Below, in pieces: positions 1 to 9,104 of a DNA stretch of 64,000 nucleotides. The DNA is from Thermomicrobiales bacterium. Lineage in GTDB: Bacteria; Chloroflexota; Chloroflexia; Thermomicrobiales; UBA6265. Each line of letters opens with the position of its first letter. Positions within the stretch are counted from its first letter, which is position 1. The DNA is taken from positions 10,613-74,612 of the forward strand of contig JAGQGU010000013.1 of assembly GCA_020432165.1 (NCBI GenBank), in the 5' to 3' direction. The notes under the pieces are model-generated. The model saw only the letters and a list, made by a program, of their open reading frames with translations. It was not told the origin of the DNA and did no database searches. A program made the position numbers and the translations under genes.

Positions 1-1162
1 GCGCTGGTCCATGCTCGCGGTTCGAGCGCTTCACATACTCGAAATAGGTAATGTCATCGTTCGGGCCAAGAACGTCATCAAGGAAGCGTCGCAACGCTCC
101 CGGCTCTTGGGGGAAGTTGACCAGAAAGTAGTGTTTGCGTCCTTCATAGATAAGGGCACGTTCAATGATATCGGCGTAACGAGAAACATCGTTGTTGCCA
201 CCTGAGAGCATAGCGATAACTGTCTGGCCCGGTTCCGGATTCCACAGTCCGAACGCGGCTGATGCCAACGCTCCTGCTGGTTCGGCGATGATGCCATCCA
301 CCTGGTAGAGCTCCAGCATCTCACTACATACACGGCCTTCCGGAACGGAAACGAGTTCCAGGTCGTAATAATTTGCGAACTGGTACGTGATCGCACCAGC
401 CTTCCGCACAGCTGCGCCATCGACAAATGTATCGATGGCGTCCAGCGCAATCGGACCACCCGCTTCCAGTGCAGCACTGAGGCATGCTGCACCTGCAGGC
501 TCAACGCCAACAACCTTGGTATCCGGACAGTGTTCCGCGAACCAGGTGAGCATACCGCTCACCATGCCACCCCCGCCCACCGGTACGAGAACAACATCCG
601 GAGCCTTACCCAACTGCTCCACGATTTCATGCGCAACCGTACCCTGACCAGCGATCGTGCGCGGGTCATCGAAGGCAGGCACCATCACCATACCCATACG
701 CTCAGCCGCTTCGCGCGCAGCAAACGAGGAATCATCGTAGGTCTCACCAGTCACCACCAACTCAACGTGGTCACCACCCAGAGCGAGCATACGCTCCCGC
801 TTTTGACGGGGGGTGGTTGATGGTACGTAGATCTTGCCCCGAACACCGAGCATGGCACAGGCCAGTGCCACGCCCTGCCCGTGATTGCCGGCGGAGGCAC
901 AGATCACTCCCCTCGCCCGCTCCTCGTCGCTCAATTGGGATATGAGATTGTAGGCTCCCCGAATCTTGTAAGAGCGAACGGGCTGCAAATCCTCTCGCTT
1001 CAGCCAAACCTGAGCACCTGTAGCATCGGAGAGTCGCTGCGAGATATGCAGAGGTGTTTGGATAGCTATGCCTCGAAGTCGCTCGGCCGCAGCATCGATA
1101 TCGGCGGCAGTAACTGGTAGCGGCGAAGTAGTAAGTTGGACGGTGCGAGTGTCAGATTCCAT
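1..1162 (-). CDS. ilvA: Threonine ammonia-lyase (biosynthetic threonine dehydratase); 3' end lies outside the window
   Basis: Absent from the ORF track because the frame runs off the left edge. My minus-strand translation from the ATG (complement of 1160-1162) reads MESDTRTVQL...LKREDLQPVRSYKIRGAYN...GVICASAGNHGQGVALAC...VVLVPVGGGGMVSGM...HYFLVNFPQEPGALRRFL...YFEYVKRSNREHGPA. It has the PLP-lysine motif, a Gly-rich loop and an ACT-like regulatory tail. Confidence 0.85.
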   Translation of the reverse strand, partial: MESDTRTVQLTTSPLPVTAADIDAAAERLRGIAIQTPLHISQRLSDATGAQVWLKREDLQPVRSYKIRGAYNLISQLSDEERARGVICASAGNHGQGVALACAMLGVRGKIYVPSTTPRQKRERMLALGGDHVELVVTGETYDDSSFAAREAAERMGMVMVPAFDDPRTIAGQGTVAHEIVEQLGKAPDVVLVPVGGGGMVSGMLTWFAEHCPDTKVVGVEPAGAACLSAALEAGGPIALDAIDTFVDGAAVRKAGAITYQFANYYDLELVSVPEGRVCSEMLELYQVDGIIAEPAGALASAAFGLWNPEPGQTVIAMLSGGNNDVSRYADIIERALIYEGRKHYFLVNFPQEPGALRRFLDDVLGPNDDITYFEYVKRSNREHGPA

Positions 1163-1270
1163 AGGTTGTGTGATCCAGATTGGTGAGATGCATGTGCAGA
1201 TTTCCTGTACTCGAAGTGTGCCACGCCAGGGAGCACGCGTCACGAACGCGAAGGAGTCGGCAACCGCGGG

Positions 1271-2239
1271 TTATTGGAGCAATGTTGCTGCCTGCTTTAG
1301 CCAGCTGTTCCACTCCCAATCCGGCGAAGGCACCAAAATAACTGCGTCTGCGCCAGCAGCGGCATAGGCCTCCACACCTGCGAGCACCTCATCTCTCGTC
1401 CCCACCAACCCCAGCTGCTGCACCCACTCACTGGGCATGTTCGCCTCGAGATTCGCAGCACCACCCTCATTGGCCATTGCCTGAAGTTCGGCTGCGAAGG
1501 ACAAACCGGATGTTTGGGCGGAGAGTCCGTGACTATTGAGACCCGCGATCACGTGCCGCATGCGTGCATGCGCATCGTTGGGGTAATCATTGTCGACCAG
1601 TGCGCAGGTGTACACACCGATGTAGCCTGGTTTCGACCGCTCGCCGTCCAGAATCGCACGGGATTGACGCACATAGTGAGGCGCCGCATTCTCGGCAAGC
1701 AACACACCATCGGCGATACGACCGGCCAGCGCGATCGATTTCGGACCGTGTACACCCAACAGGATCGGTGGCACCACCTCCGGCGGTGGTTGCAGTTGGA
1801 CATCATCCAGTCTAACGTAGCGACCATCAATCGAGATGCGCTCACCATGGAGAAGTTGTCGGATAGCAGTGGTGGTTTCCTCAATCGCGGTCAACGGGGA
1901 ACTCACAGACTCGCCAATCTGCTCCATCCAGGATTCGACACCGTGACCGATCCCACCAATAAGGCGCCCGGGAAATGCCCGTGCAAGAGTGGCGTACTCC
2001 ATTGCCAAAATGGCGGCATTGTGAGCCACTCCCGGATTGATGCCGATGCCAATCTTGAGCGTGGTTGTCGATGCAAGGGCGATGGCTGCCTGCGAGATGC
2101 CACCCATATAGAAGCAGTCCTCAACAATCCAGAGTGCCTCAAAGCCGAGCGACTCTACCCGGCGAGACTCTTCGGCAAGTCCCGCAGGATCGGATTCGCG
2201 GCGATACATGACGCTGATTGCAGGTACGTTGTCTGGCAT
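1271..2239 (-). CDS. LLM-class (luciferase-like) flavin/F420-dependent oxidoreductase
   Basis: 332-aa ORF 1271..2269 with ...VESLGFEALWIVEDCFYMGG...GIGINPGVAHNAAILAMEYATLARAFPGRLIGGIGHG..., typical of luciferase-like monooxygenases. I prefer the internal ATG at 2239 (MPDNVPAISV), which is preceded by GGGTGGGGAAA. A start at 2269 is also possible. Confidence 0.7.
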   Translation of the reverse strand: MPDNVPAISVMYRRESDPAGLAEESRRVESLGFEALWIVEDCFYMGGISQAAIALASTTTLKIGIGINPGVAHNAAILAMEYATLARAFPGRLIGGIGHGVESWMEQIGESVSSPLTAIEETTTAIRQLLHGERISIDGRYVRLDDVQLQPPPEVVPPILLGVHGPKSIALAGRIADGVLLAENAAPHYVRQSRAILDGERSKPGYIGVYTCALVDNDYPNDAHARMRHVIAGLNSHGLSAQTSGLSFAAELQAMANEGGAANLEANMPSEWVQQLGLVGTRDEVLAGVEAYAAAGADAVILVPSPDWEWNSWLKQAATLLQ

Positions 2240-2395
2240 TTTCCCCACCCTTTTGCTGAACTCTCTCATATATTCGTGGCTCCATCATAGCGCTCATTGC
2301 TGTCTCACCGGTTCGTGGAACAATGCTCTGATACTTAATTCCGACTGAATTGGTATATATTCCAGAATTGGAATATCATCGGCTTGAGGGGAGTC

Positions 2396-3853
2396 ATGAC
2401 CCCGAAACAGATTGTCAAACGTTCGTCTGGTACCGACAGGACGTCCAAGGTGAGGAAGGGTTACTTGCGCACAGGCAAACATACCTACAAACGATCGTCG
2501 CGTTCTGCGGACGCTTCGTTACATGGTTTGGCCAGAGCCGTGAAGTCCGCCCGCAAGCGCTCGGGTATGACGCAGGCCGAACTGGCAAAAGCTATCGGAG
2601 CATCACAGGGGAACATCGCCAGGCTCGAGAGCGGACAGCATGCTCCTTCTGTGCGTGTGCTTCAGAATATCGCCATCGCAACCGATTCCCGCCTCACTAT
2701 CGACCTAAAGCCGCTATCGCATAGGAGATTCGACATGCTACAGACGACACGACGACATTTTCTGGAGGGCGCTGCCGGCCTTGCGGGAACACTCGGGCTT
2801 GGCAATGTGCGCTACGCCACCGCTGAGGAAGCAACCGCCGCCGCTGCCGGGATTGAGAGTTACGTATGGACTCGTCCCGAATATGACCCGGAGCCATCAC
2901 TCTTCACAATCACCGATAGGACTGACGACACCGTAACCGTGGAGACAATCGATGGTGTAGTTGAGGTGCCGGCGGATCCGAAACGCATCGTTTCGTTGGG
3001 CTGGGAATACATCTCACTGTTCGAACTTGGTCTCGCGGATCGGGTGGTAGCCGTTACGTTCACAACCCACGGAACCATGGAAGATATGCTCTGGGGTGCG
3101 GGCGACAAAACTGCCGACCTCATCGCAGCCTATGCCGATGTTGACTTCCTGGAAGTCGGACACAATGGAGTGGATCTGGACGTCGAGCAACTCATGCTTC
3201 TGGAGCCCGATCTGATCCTCTCCAGCCCGTCATTTGACTATGACATGGAAATGCTCAACTCGATCGCTCCCGTGATCCGAGGTACAGCCCACGCACCGAT
3301 GGTGCCCCGGGCGTGCATCCGTGACTATGGTGCACTATTCGGCCTGGACGATGTGGCGACGACGCTGCTTGAGGAACACGAAGCCTACGCCGCTCGTGCT
3401 CGCGAAGCCGTTGTCCCGGTGATTGAGGGCAAAAAAGCGATCGTGATCGTCTACTACCCCGAGAGCGGAGACTGCTATGGCTACGCCTCGTATTACAAGC
3501 AGAATGGCGGGATCTTCACGACAATCGAGGGAGCATATCAGCTCCAGCGCGAGATGAATATCACTCCCTCCAGCTTCATCGAGCAGCTCTCGGATGAGAA
3601 GGATCGCGAAAGCTACGCCGTGCCGTTCTCGTTCGAGCTCATCGGCCATGTCGATGTAGATCACATCTTCCTCTACCGCATCGGTGATAGCTACGATGTG
3701 TTTGTGAACTCTCCATCGGTTCAGCAAACAGTCGCTGGTGGGGCTGGTCAGATTTACGATTACGATCCGCCGTCCTTCGGTTTTGGTCTCGGTGGTGTTC
3801 AGGCGACTCTCACATGGATGGTCGAGCAGATGACGGGTGAAGCATTCGGGTAA
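2396..3853 (+). CDS. XRE-family HTH domain fused in frame to a Tat-signal-bearing ferric-siderophore substrate-binding protein (Peripla_BP_2-like)
   Basis: GGGGAG lies before the ATG at 2396. HTH: GMTQAELAKAIGASQGNIARLESG. Internal MLQTTRRHFLEGAAGLAGTLGLGNVRYATA starts at ATG 2735, preceded by GGAGA (2724-2728). SBP motifs are PKRIVSLGWEY..LGLADRVVAV and LEPDLILSS. There is no stop codon between the two parts. Confidence 0.7.
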   Translation: MTPKQIVKRSSGTDRTSKVRKGYLRTGKHTYKRSSRSADASLHGLARAVKSARKRSGMTQAELAKAIGASQGNIARLESGQHAPSVRVLQNIAIATDSRLTIDLKPLSHRRFDMLQTTRRHFLEGAAGLAGTLGLGNVRYATAEEATAAAAGIESYVWTRPEYDPEPSLFTITDRTDDTVTVETIDGVVEVPADPKRIVSLGWEYISLFELGLADRVVAVTFTTHGTMEDMLWGAGDKTADLIAAYADVDFLEVGHNGVDLDVEQLMLLEPDLILSSPSFDYDMEMLNSIAPVIRGTAHAPMVPRACIRDYGALFGLDDVATTLLEEHEAYAARAREAVVPVIEGKKAIVIVYYPESGDCYGYASYYKQNGGIFTTIEGAYQLQREMNITPSSFIEQLSDEKDRESYAVPFSFELIGHVDVDHIFLYRIGDSYDVFVNSPSVQQTVAGGAGQIYDYDPPSFGFGLGGVQATLTWMVEQMTGEAFG

Positions 3854-3901
3854 ACTTAAGTGCGTAGAGGCACGCGTAGTTCATACAGGAGTACGTCTCA
3901 C

Positions 3902-4252
3902 ATGACGGACAAGACAACGAGTGCCGAGTTCGAGGCATATCCGCACCGTGTATCGGGCGAACTGGTGCATAATCGCGCCGCCCGCTATGCCAAACAGCTG
4001 ATCAGCCATTGGCGTAACGACTCCATGGAAGTTGACGAAGCCACAAACACCACAACGGTTTCGTTCAGCCAGCTTCCTCCGGATTGGGTGTCTGCCACCC
4101 GCTTCGAAGTAGAGGATGGACGCGCCGTCTTCACGGTTGCAGCACCAACTGCCGAGAATGCGCAGCGCGTGGCTGAGTCAGTGGAAGAGCATATTCTTGG
4201 GTTTGCTGGAGACCGGGATGTGCTGGAGTTCACCTGGAACGCACCAGAGTAG
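3902..4252 (+). CDS. DUF2218-like small protein (commonly linked to siderophore-interacting proteins)
   Basis: ORF 3860..4252. Starting from ATG 3902 it reads MTDKTTSAEFEAYPH...RAARYAKQLISHW...VFTVAAPTAENAQRVAESVEEHILGFAGDRDVLEFTW, which resembles the DUF2218 pattern (ASRYLxQLCxHF ... L.V.W) as I remember it. Confidence 0.55.
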   Translation: MTDKTTSAEFEAYPHRVSGELVHNRAARYAKQLISHWRNDSMEVDEATNTTTVSFSQLPPDWVSATRFEVEDGRAVFTVAAPTAENAQRVAESVEEHILGFAGDRDVLEFTWNAPE

Positions 4253-4276
4253 GAATCCGGGCAAGGGAGAGACAGG

Positions 4277-4312
4277 GACAAGACCGGGCAGTAGTTGCTG
4301 CCCGGTCTTGTC
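4277..4312 (+). terminator. Perfect 15-bp stem hairpin after the DUF2218 gene
   Basis: GACAAGACCGGGCAG-tagttg-CTGCCCGGTCTTGTC. There is no clear U-tract. Confidence 0.45.
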
Positions 4313-4514
4313 GTTCCTGACAGAGGGATTCCTTCACATGAAATAACTCTGACTGAATTGGTAGGTATTTGAAAGCCGGAATATACTACCTAAATAGTCG
4401 GATATCTACAGCGTCCGCACCGCGGCAAAGCTCTGTTGTGGTAATCAGACAGACACCGAATAGCTTCTACATTTCAGGTCGCCAGTGTGGCGACCTGAGT
4501 GGTGCATGTGAGGA

Positions 4515-7160
4515 ATGCAAATGCCCAAGCGAGGTTTCCAGGGTGCGGTATTGCGCAGTTTTGGGGCGCAGGATCATGAAGCAACGGTGACCGATACCGA
4601 GATGTTGGCGCCGGGATTCAGGCGTATCTGGTTTACCTCGGCCACCCTGTTCGACGAAATTGAGCCCGCGCCAACTGCATGGCTCCGATTCTGGTTTCCA
4701 GATCCCGACGGCAAGGATGTCGAGCATCAACGGGCCTACACCATCAGCGAAGCGGATGTAGAGGCAAACACCTTTGCCGTGGATGTTGTGCTGCACGAAC
4801 CTGCCGGAGCAGGCACAACGTGGGCTGCCAATGCGCAGCCAGGCATGACGATATCCCTCACCTCCATGGGATCGTCCAGGTTTGAGCTACCCGCTGAGCT
4901 ACCCGCTGAGTTACCGGCAGGCTATCTCCTCATAGGCGATTCATCGTCCGTGGCTGCGCTCAATAGCATCGTCCGCACCATTCCGGCCGAGATCCCTATC
5001 GAGCTCTACCTCGAGCAACATCGGGATGAGGACAAACTCATCCCCCTCGCTGACCATCCTCGCCTATCCATACATTGGGTGCCACGTCACGGAGAAGAGT
5101 CCTTTGCCGCAGCGATAGAAGCACGCAATTGGTCGAACTGGTATGCGTGGGCCAACCCTGAGTCGGCATCGCTGAAGCACATTCGCAATCGCTTGCGTGA
5201 TGAATTCGGATTTCCGAAATCTGAGTTCCACCAGCAGGCATACTGGGTTCACGGTCGTTCGATGGGCAAGCTGCGTTCAAACCGGGACATAGCTGATGAT
5301 GCGGCAGACTACACCGCCGAAACGGCTCCTGCAGAATCCGATCCCATCCCAACGTCAGCAACCGATCGGGTTAGCGCACCGGCTCCAACCAACTCCAAAA
5401 ATCAGGGAGCGTGGCGTGCTCAGGCCGGCAGCCGCCTCATGGCTCCATTGCGACGCTCACTGATTATCGCGGGGATCGTCCAGGGCATCGTCACGCTTAT
5501 TCAGTTGGCTCCATTCTTTCTGTTGGTCCAGCTGGCACGCTTGCTTCTCGATGACGCACCCGAATCCCAACTCTGGAGAGTGGGCTGGTGGGCTGTAGGA
5601 CTGCTGGGATTGGGGACGCTCCTCTCTTCGGCGCTGATGTTCTGGTTGCACACCGTGGACGCGCGTTTCGAACAATCAATCCGCCAGCGGCTGTTGGGCA
5701 AACTGGCCCGATTGCCATTGGGATGGTTCGATGCTCGTACCTCCGGCCAGGTGAAACAGTTGGTGCAGGATGACACACTCTCACTGCACTATCTCGTGAC
5801 ACATGCTGTGCCAGACGCGGTCGCCGCTGTGGTCGCACCGGTCGCGGTATTGGTGTACCTCTTCGTGGTGGACTGGCGGCTTGCTCTGCTGCTGTTCATT
5901 CCGATTCTGGTGTATGTGCTCACCATGTCGAAACTGGTCGTCCAGTCGGGGAGCAAAACCTCCCACGCACTGAAATGGGCCGAGCGGATGAACAGCGAAG
6001 CTGGCGGCTACCTTGAAGGTCAACCGGTCGTGCGTGTGTTCGGGGGTGCCACCGCATCCACATTCCGGGCAAGGCTGGGCGAATACATCACCTTCCTCAA
6101 CGAATGGCAGCGACCATTCATTCGACAGAAAACCATCATGGACCTGGCAACACGGCCAGCAACCTTCCTGCTGCTCATCGTTGTCTTCGGCACACTTTTG
6201 ATCACCACCGATCGCATGAACCCGGTTGATCTCCTGCCGTTCTTGCTCCTCGGCACAACGTTCGGCGCTCGTTTGCTTGGCATCGGCTATGGCCTATCCG
6301 GTCTGCGCGCCGGATTCCTTGCCGCCCGCCGTATTCAGGTAACACTGGATGAACCGGAGCTGGAAACAGCCACCGCGACTGCAACTGATACAGAGGCAGC
6401 GTCCGGGTTGGTTGAGTTCGAGAATGTCGATTTCTCATACCGACCCAATGTACCCGTATTGCAAGCTATCTCGATCCGGCTGAAACCAGGCACCGTCACC
6501 GCGCTGGTGGGCTCCTCTGGATCTGGCAAATCGACGTTGGCGGCGCTCCTGGCGCGATTCCACGATGTTGATTCCGGTCGGATTCGTATTGGTGGTCGGG
6601 ATATCAGGGAACTCACCGCTGAAGAACTCTATGCTCGGGTTGGATTCGTATTCCAGCAAACCCAGCTTGTGCACGGCACGGTCCATGACAATATCGCCCT
6701 TGCCGTGCCTGATGCGACCAGAGAGAGTGTCGAAAATGCCGCGCGTGAAGCGCAGATTCATGAGCGGATACTGCGGCTGCCCCAAGGTTACGAAACCGTT
6801 CTCGGGCCAGATGCCGCGCTTTCCGGTGGCGAACGACAACGACTAACGATCGCGCGGGCACTCCTTGCCGATACCCCCGTGCTGGTACTGGACGAGGCCA
6901 CCGCTTTCGCGGATCCGGAATCGGAATACCTCGTGCAACAAGCTCTCAACCGGCTTACCGTGGGCCGCACGGTGTTGGTCATCGCCCACCGATTGCACAC
7001 CATCACCGGAGTCGACCAGATCGTTGTGCTCGATCATGGTCGGATCGCCGAAGTCGGTATCCATGAGGAACTACTGCTCACCAACGGTCGCTACCGGCAG
7101 TTGTGGGATGCAGGTGGCACCGTAAACCCGACAGCCACGATGACGGAGGAGACCCGATGA
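4515..7160 (+). CDS. irtA: IrtA-like protein: N-terminal siderophore-interacting FAD-binding domain fused to an ABC transporter TMD plus NBD
   Basis: 881 aa. The N-terminus resembles SIP/ViuB ([43 protein letters not shown]...[16 protein letters not shown]...[10 protein letters not shown]). Six predicted TM helices follow. The NBD has Walker [10 protein letters not shown], signature LSGGERQR and Walker B VLVLDEAT. The architecture matches mycobacterial IrtA. A start at 4521 is also possible. Confidence 0.85.
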   Translation: MQMPKRGFQGAVLRSFGAQDHEATVTDTEMLAPGFRRIWFTSATLFDEIEPAPTAWLRFWFPDPDGKDVEHQRAYTISEADVEANTFAVDVVLHEPAGAGTTWAANAQPGMTISLTSMGSSRFELPAELPAELPAGYLLIGDSSSVAALNSIVRTIPAEIPIELYLEQHRDEDKLIPLADHPRLSIHWVPRHGEESFAAAIEARNWSNWYAWANPESASLKHIRNRLRDEFGFPKSEFHQQAYWVHGRSMGKLRSNRDIADDAADYTAETAPAESDPIPTSATDRVSAPAPTNSKNQGAWRAQAGSRLMAPLRRSLIIAGIVQGIVTLIQLAPFFLLVQLARLLLDDAPESQLWRVGWWAVGLLGLGTLLSSALMFWLHTVDARFEQSIRQRLLGKLARLPLGWFDARTSGQVKQLVQDDTLSLHYLVTHAVPDAVAAVVAPVAVLVYLFVVDWRLALLLFIPILVYVLTMSKLVVQSGSKTSHALKWAERMNSEAGGYLEGQPVVRVFGGATASTFRARLGEYITFLNEWQRPFIRQKTIMDLATRPATFLLLIVVFGTLLITTDRMNPVDLLPFLLLGTTFGARLLGIGYGLSGLRAGFLAARRIQVTLDEPELETATATATDTEAASGLVEFENVDFSYRPNVPVLQAISIRLKPGTVTALVGSSGSGKSTLAALLARFHDVDSGRIRIGGRDIRELTAEELYARVGFVFQQTQLVHGTVHDNIALAVPDATRESVENAAREAQIHERILRLPQGYETVLGPDAALSGGERQRLTIARALLADTPVLVLDEATAFADPESEYLVQQALNRLTVGRTVLVIAHRLHTITGVDQIVVLDHGRIAEVGIHEELLLTNGRYRQLWDAGGTVNPTATMTEETR

Positions 7161-8902
7161 TCCGCACCCTGTTCGCTCTCCTGCCGCCAGACACCCGCAG
7201 CAAAACAACCACGCACCTGATACTAACGGTGCTGAGCGCGATGCTCCGCGCAGGCACTGCTGTAGCCCTCGTTCCGCTTATTGCGGCGCTCTTCGGGCAA
7301 GTACCGAAGGACGCCTGGCCGTGGGTGGCGTTGTTGGTAGCCCTTACCGTTGCAGGTTGGATTGTGGACTGGCTCGTGGCCCGGATCGGATTTGATCTGG
7401 GATTCGGGCTGCTGGATACCGGTCAACACGCTGTCGCCGATCAGATATCCCGCACCCGGCTAACCTGGTTCAACGCCCAAAATACCGCCACCGCACGCCA
7501 GGCAATCGCTTCCACCGGTCCGGAGTTGGTCGGTCTGATGATCTACCTAGTTACGCCGTTGCTGAGCGCCATCCTGCTTCCGATTGCTATTGCCATTGCA
7601 CTGGTGCCTATTGCCTGGCAGCTGGGGCTGGCGGCGCTGGCTGGTGTACCGATATTGCTCGGCGCTTATGTCGCCGCCAGCCGAATCGGTCGCGCGGCCA
7701 ACCAGGGAATGATGGACGCCAATAGCTCACTTACCGAGCGAATCGTCGAGTTCGCTCGGACCCAACATGCTCTACGTGCCGCACGCCGCGTGGCACCGGA
7801 GCACAGCCTGGTGGGAGAGGCATTGGCTCACCAACATGGTGCAACCCGGCGATTGCTGCTCATGCAGATACCGGGACAGCTCCTCTTCAGTTTGGCCAGT
7901 CAACTCGTACTCATCATCCTGGCAGGAACGACGGTTGTCCTCGCCTCCTCCGGCAAACTCTCGGTTCCCGAGGCAATCGCGCTCATCGTGGTCATCGTCC
8001 GCTATCTCGAACCATTTACGGTATTGGCCGAGCTTAGTACGGGTGTGGAGATATCCATTGGCACATTACGCCGTATGCATAGTGTCCTTAATGCACCGCA
8101 AACAAACTCCGGGACTGAGGAAGCCATCATCACCAATGCGGCAAGCATCAGACTGGAAGACGTGAGATTCGGATATGGTGGCGATGACCTAGCCGTGCTT
8201 GACGGATTTGATCTGACTCTTCAGCCCGGTACCACTACCGCTATCGTTGGTCCCTCGGGCTCGGGCAAATCGACTGTGCTCGCACTCCTCGCCGGACTCC
8301 ACGATCCAGGATCGGGGCGAATCCTGATTGACGATATCGATGCGGCGTCCCTGACTGCCGAAGCGCGAGCAAAGATGGTGAGCGTTGTCTTCCAGCACCC
8401 CTACCTCTTTGATGGCACGATTCGCGAAAACATCCTCGCTGGCAATCCAGATGCTACCGACCCGGAAATGAAGGAGGTCGCCCGACTCGCCCGGGTGGAT
8501 TCGGTGACGAATCGGTTACCGGATGGCTGGGATGCCCGGGTTGGAGAAGCCGGTACCTCGCTTTCTGGTGGTGAACGTCAACGCGTTTCGATTGCGCGAG
8601 CATTGCTTAAACCTGCGCCCTTGCTCCTGGTTGACGAGGCCACCAGTGCCCTCGATACGGAGAACGAGATCGCCATCACCGCGGCGCTCACCGACGACAG
8701 TCGCAGTCGGACCCGCGTCATCGTCGCCCACCGCCTCGGCAGCATCCGCGCGGCTGATCGGGTGATTTTCCTTGAGGATGGAAGAATCGTTGAGGATGGT
8801 TCTATCGACGAACTCCTGGCCGCTGACTGCAGATTCGCGGAATTCTGGCGCCAACAGGATGCCGCCACGGGATGGCGACTCGGTACCACGCCAGTCGCGT
8901 GA
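7157..8902 (+). CDS. irtB: IrtB-like ABC transporter half (TMD plus NBD), partner of the IrtA-like protein
   Basis: ATG 7157 overlaps the irtA stop (ATGA) and is preceded by GGAGGA. Motifs are [17 protein letters not shown] and LLLVDEAT. The longer ORF from 7103 overlaps irtA and is unlikely. Confidence 0.85.
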   Translation: MIRTLFALLPPDTRSKTTTHLILTVLSAMLRAGTAVALVPLIAALFGQVPKDAWPWVALLVALTVAGWIVDWLVARIGFDLGFGLLDTGQHAVADQISRTRLTWFNAQNTATARQAIASTGPELVGLMIYLVTPLLSAILLPIAIAIALVPIAWQLGLAALAGVPILLGAYVAASRIGRAANQGMMDANSSLTERIVEFARTQHALRAARRVAPEHSLVGEALAHQHGATRRLLLMQIPGQLLFSLASQLVLIILAGTTVVLASSGKLSVPEAIALIVVIVRYLEPFTVLAELSTGVEISIGTLRRMHSVLNAPQTNSGTEEAIITNAASIRLEDVRFGYGGDDLAVLDGFDLTLQPGTTTAIVGPSGSGKSTVLALLAGLHDPGSGRILIDDIDAASLTAEARAKMVSVVFQHPYLFDGTIRENILAGNPDATDPEMKEVARLARVDSVTNRLPDGWDARVGEAGTSLSGGERQRVSIARALLKPAPLLLVDEATSALDTENEIAITAALTDDSRSRTRVIVAHRLGSIRAADRVIFLEDGRIVEDGSIDELLAADCRFAEFWRQQDAATGWRLGTTPVA

Positions 8903-9104
8903 GCGATGATCACGGTATCTTGATATCTGGGAACGCAGGCCTTACCGGCCCTATGCGAACTTCCCAATCAGCTACCGCGATGACGAAAGCGTCAGCACCA
9001 GCCCCGTCGGAATACGGACGACGGTTAAATGGATTGTAGGAACACGTGCGGGCTCGTACCTCGAGTAACGAACTGATCTGCACGCTAACGAACACGGAGA
9101 AAGA

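Noticed and set aside
2384-4520. Search for Fur (GATAATGATAATCATTATC-like) or IdeR/DtxR (TTAGGTTAGGCTAACCTAA-like) iron boxes in the siderophore island promoters.
   Set aside because: Only partial half-site resemblance was found (TAGGT ... ACCTAA, separated by ~20 nt at 4361-4392). No contiguous 19-bp box is present.
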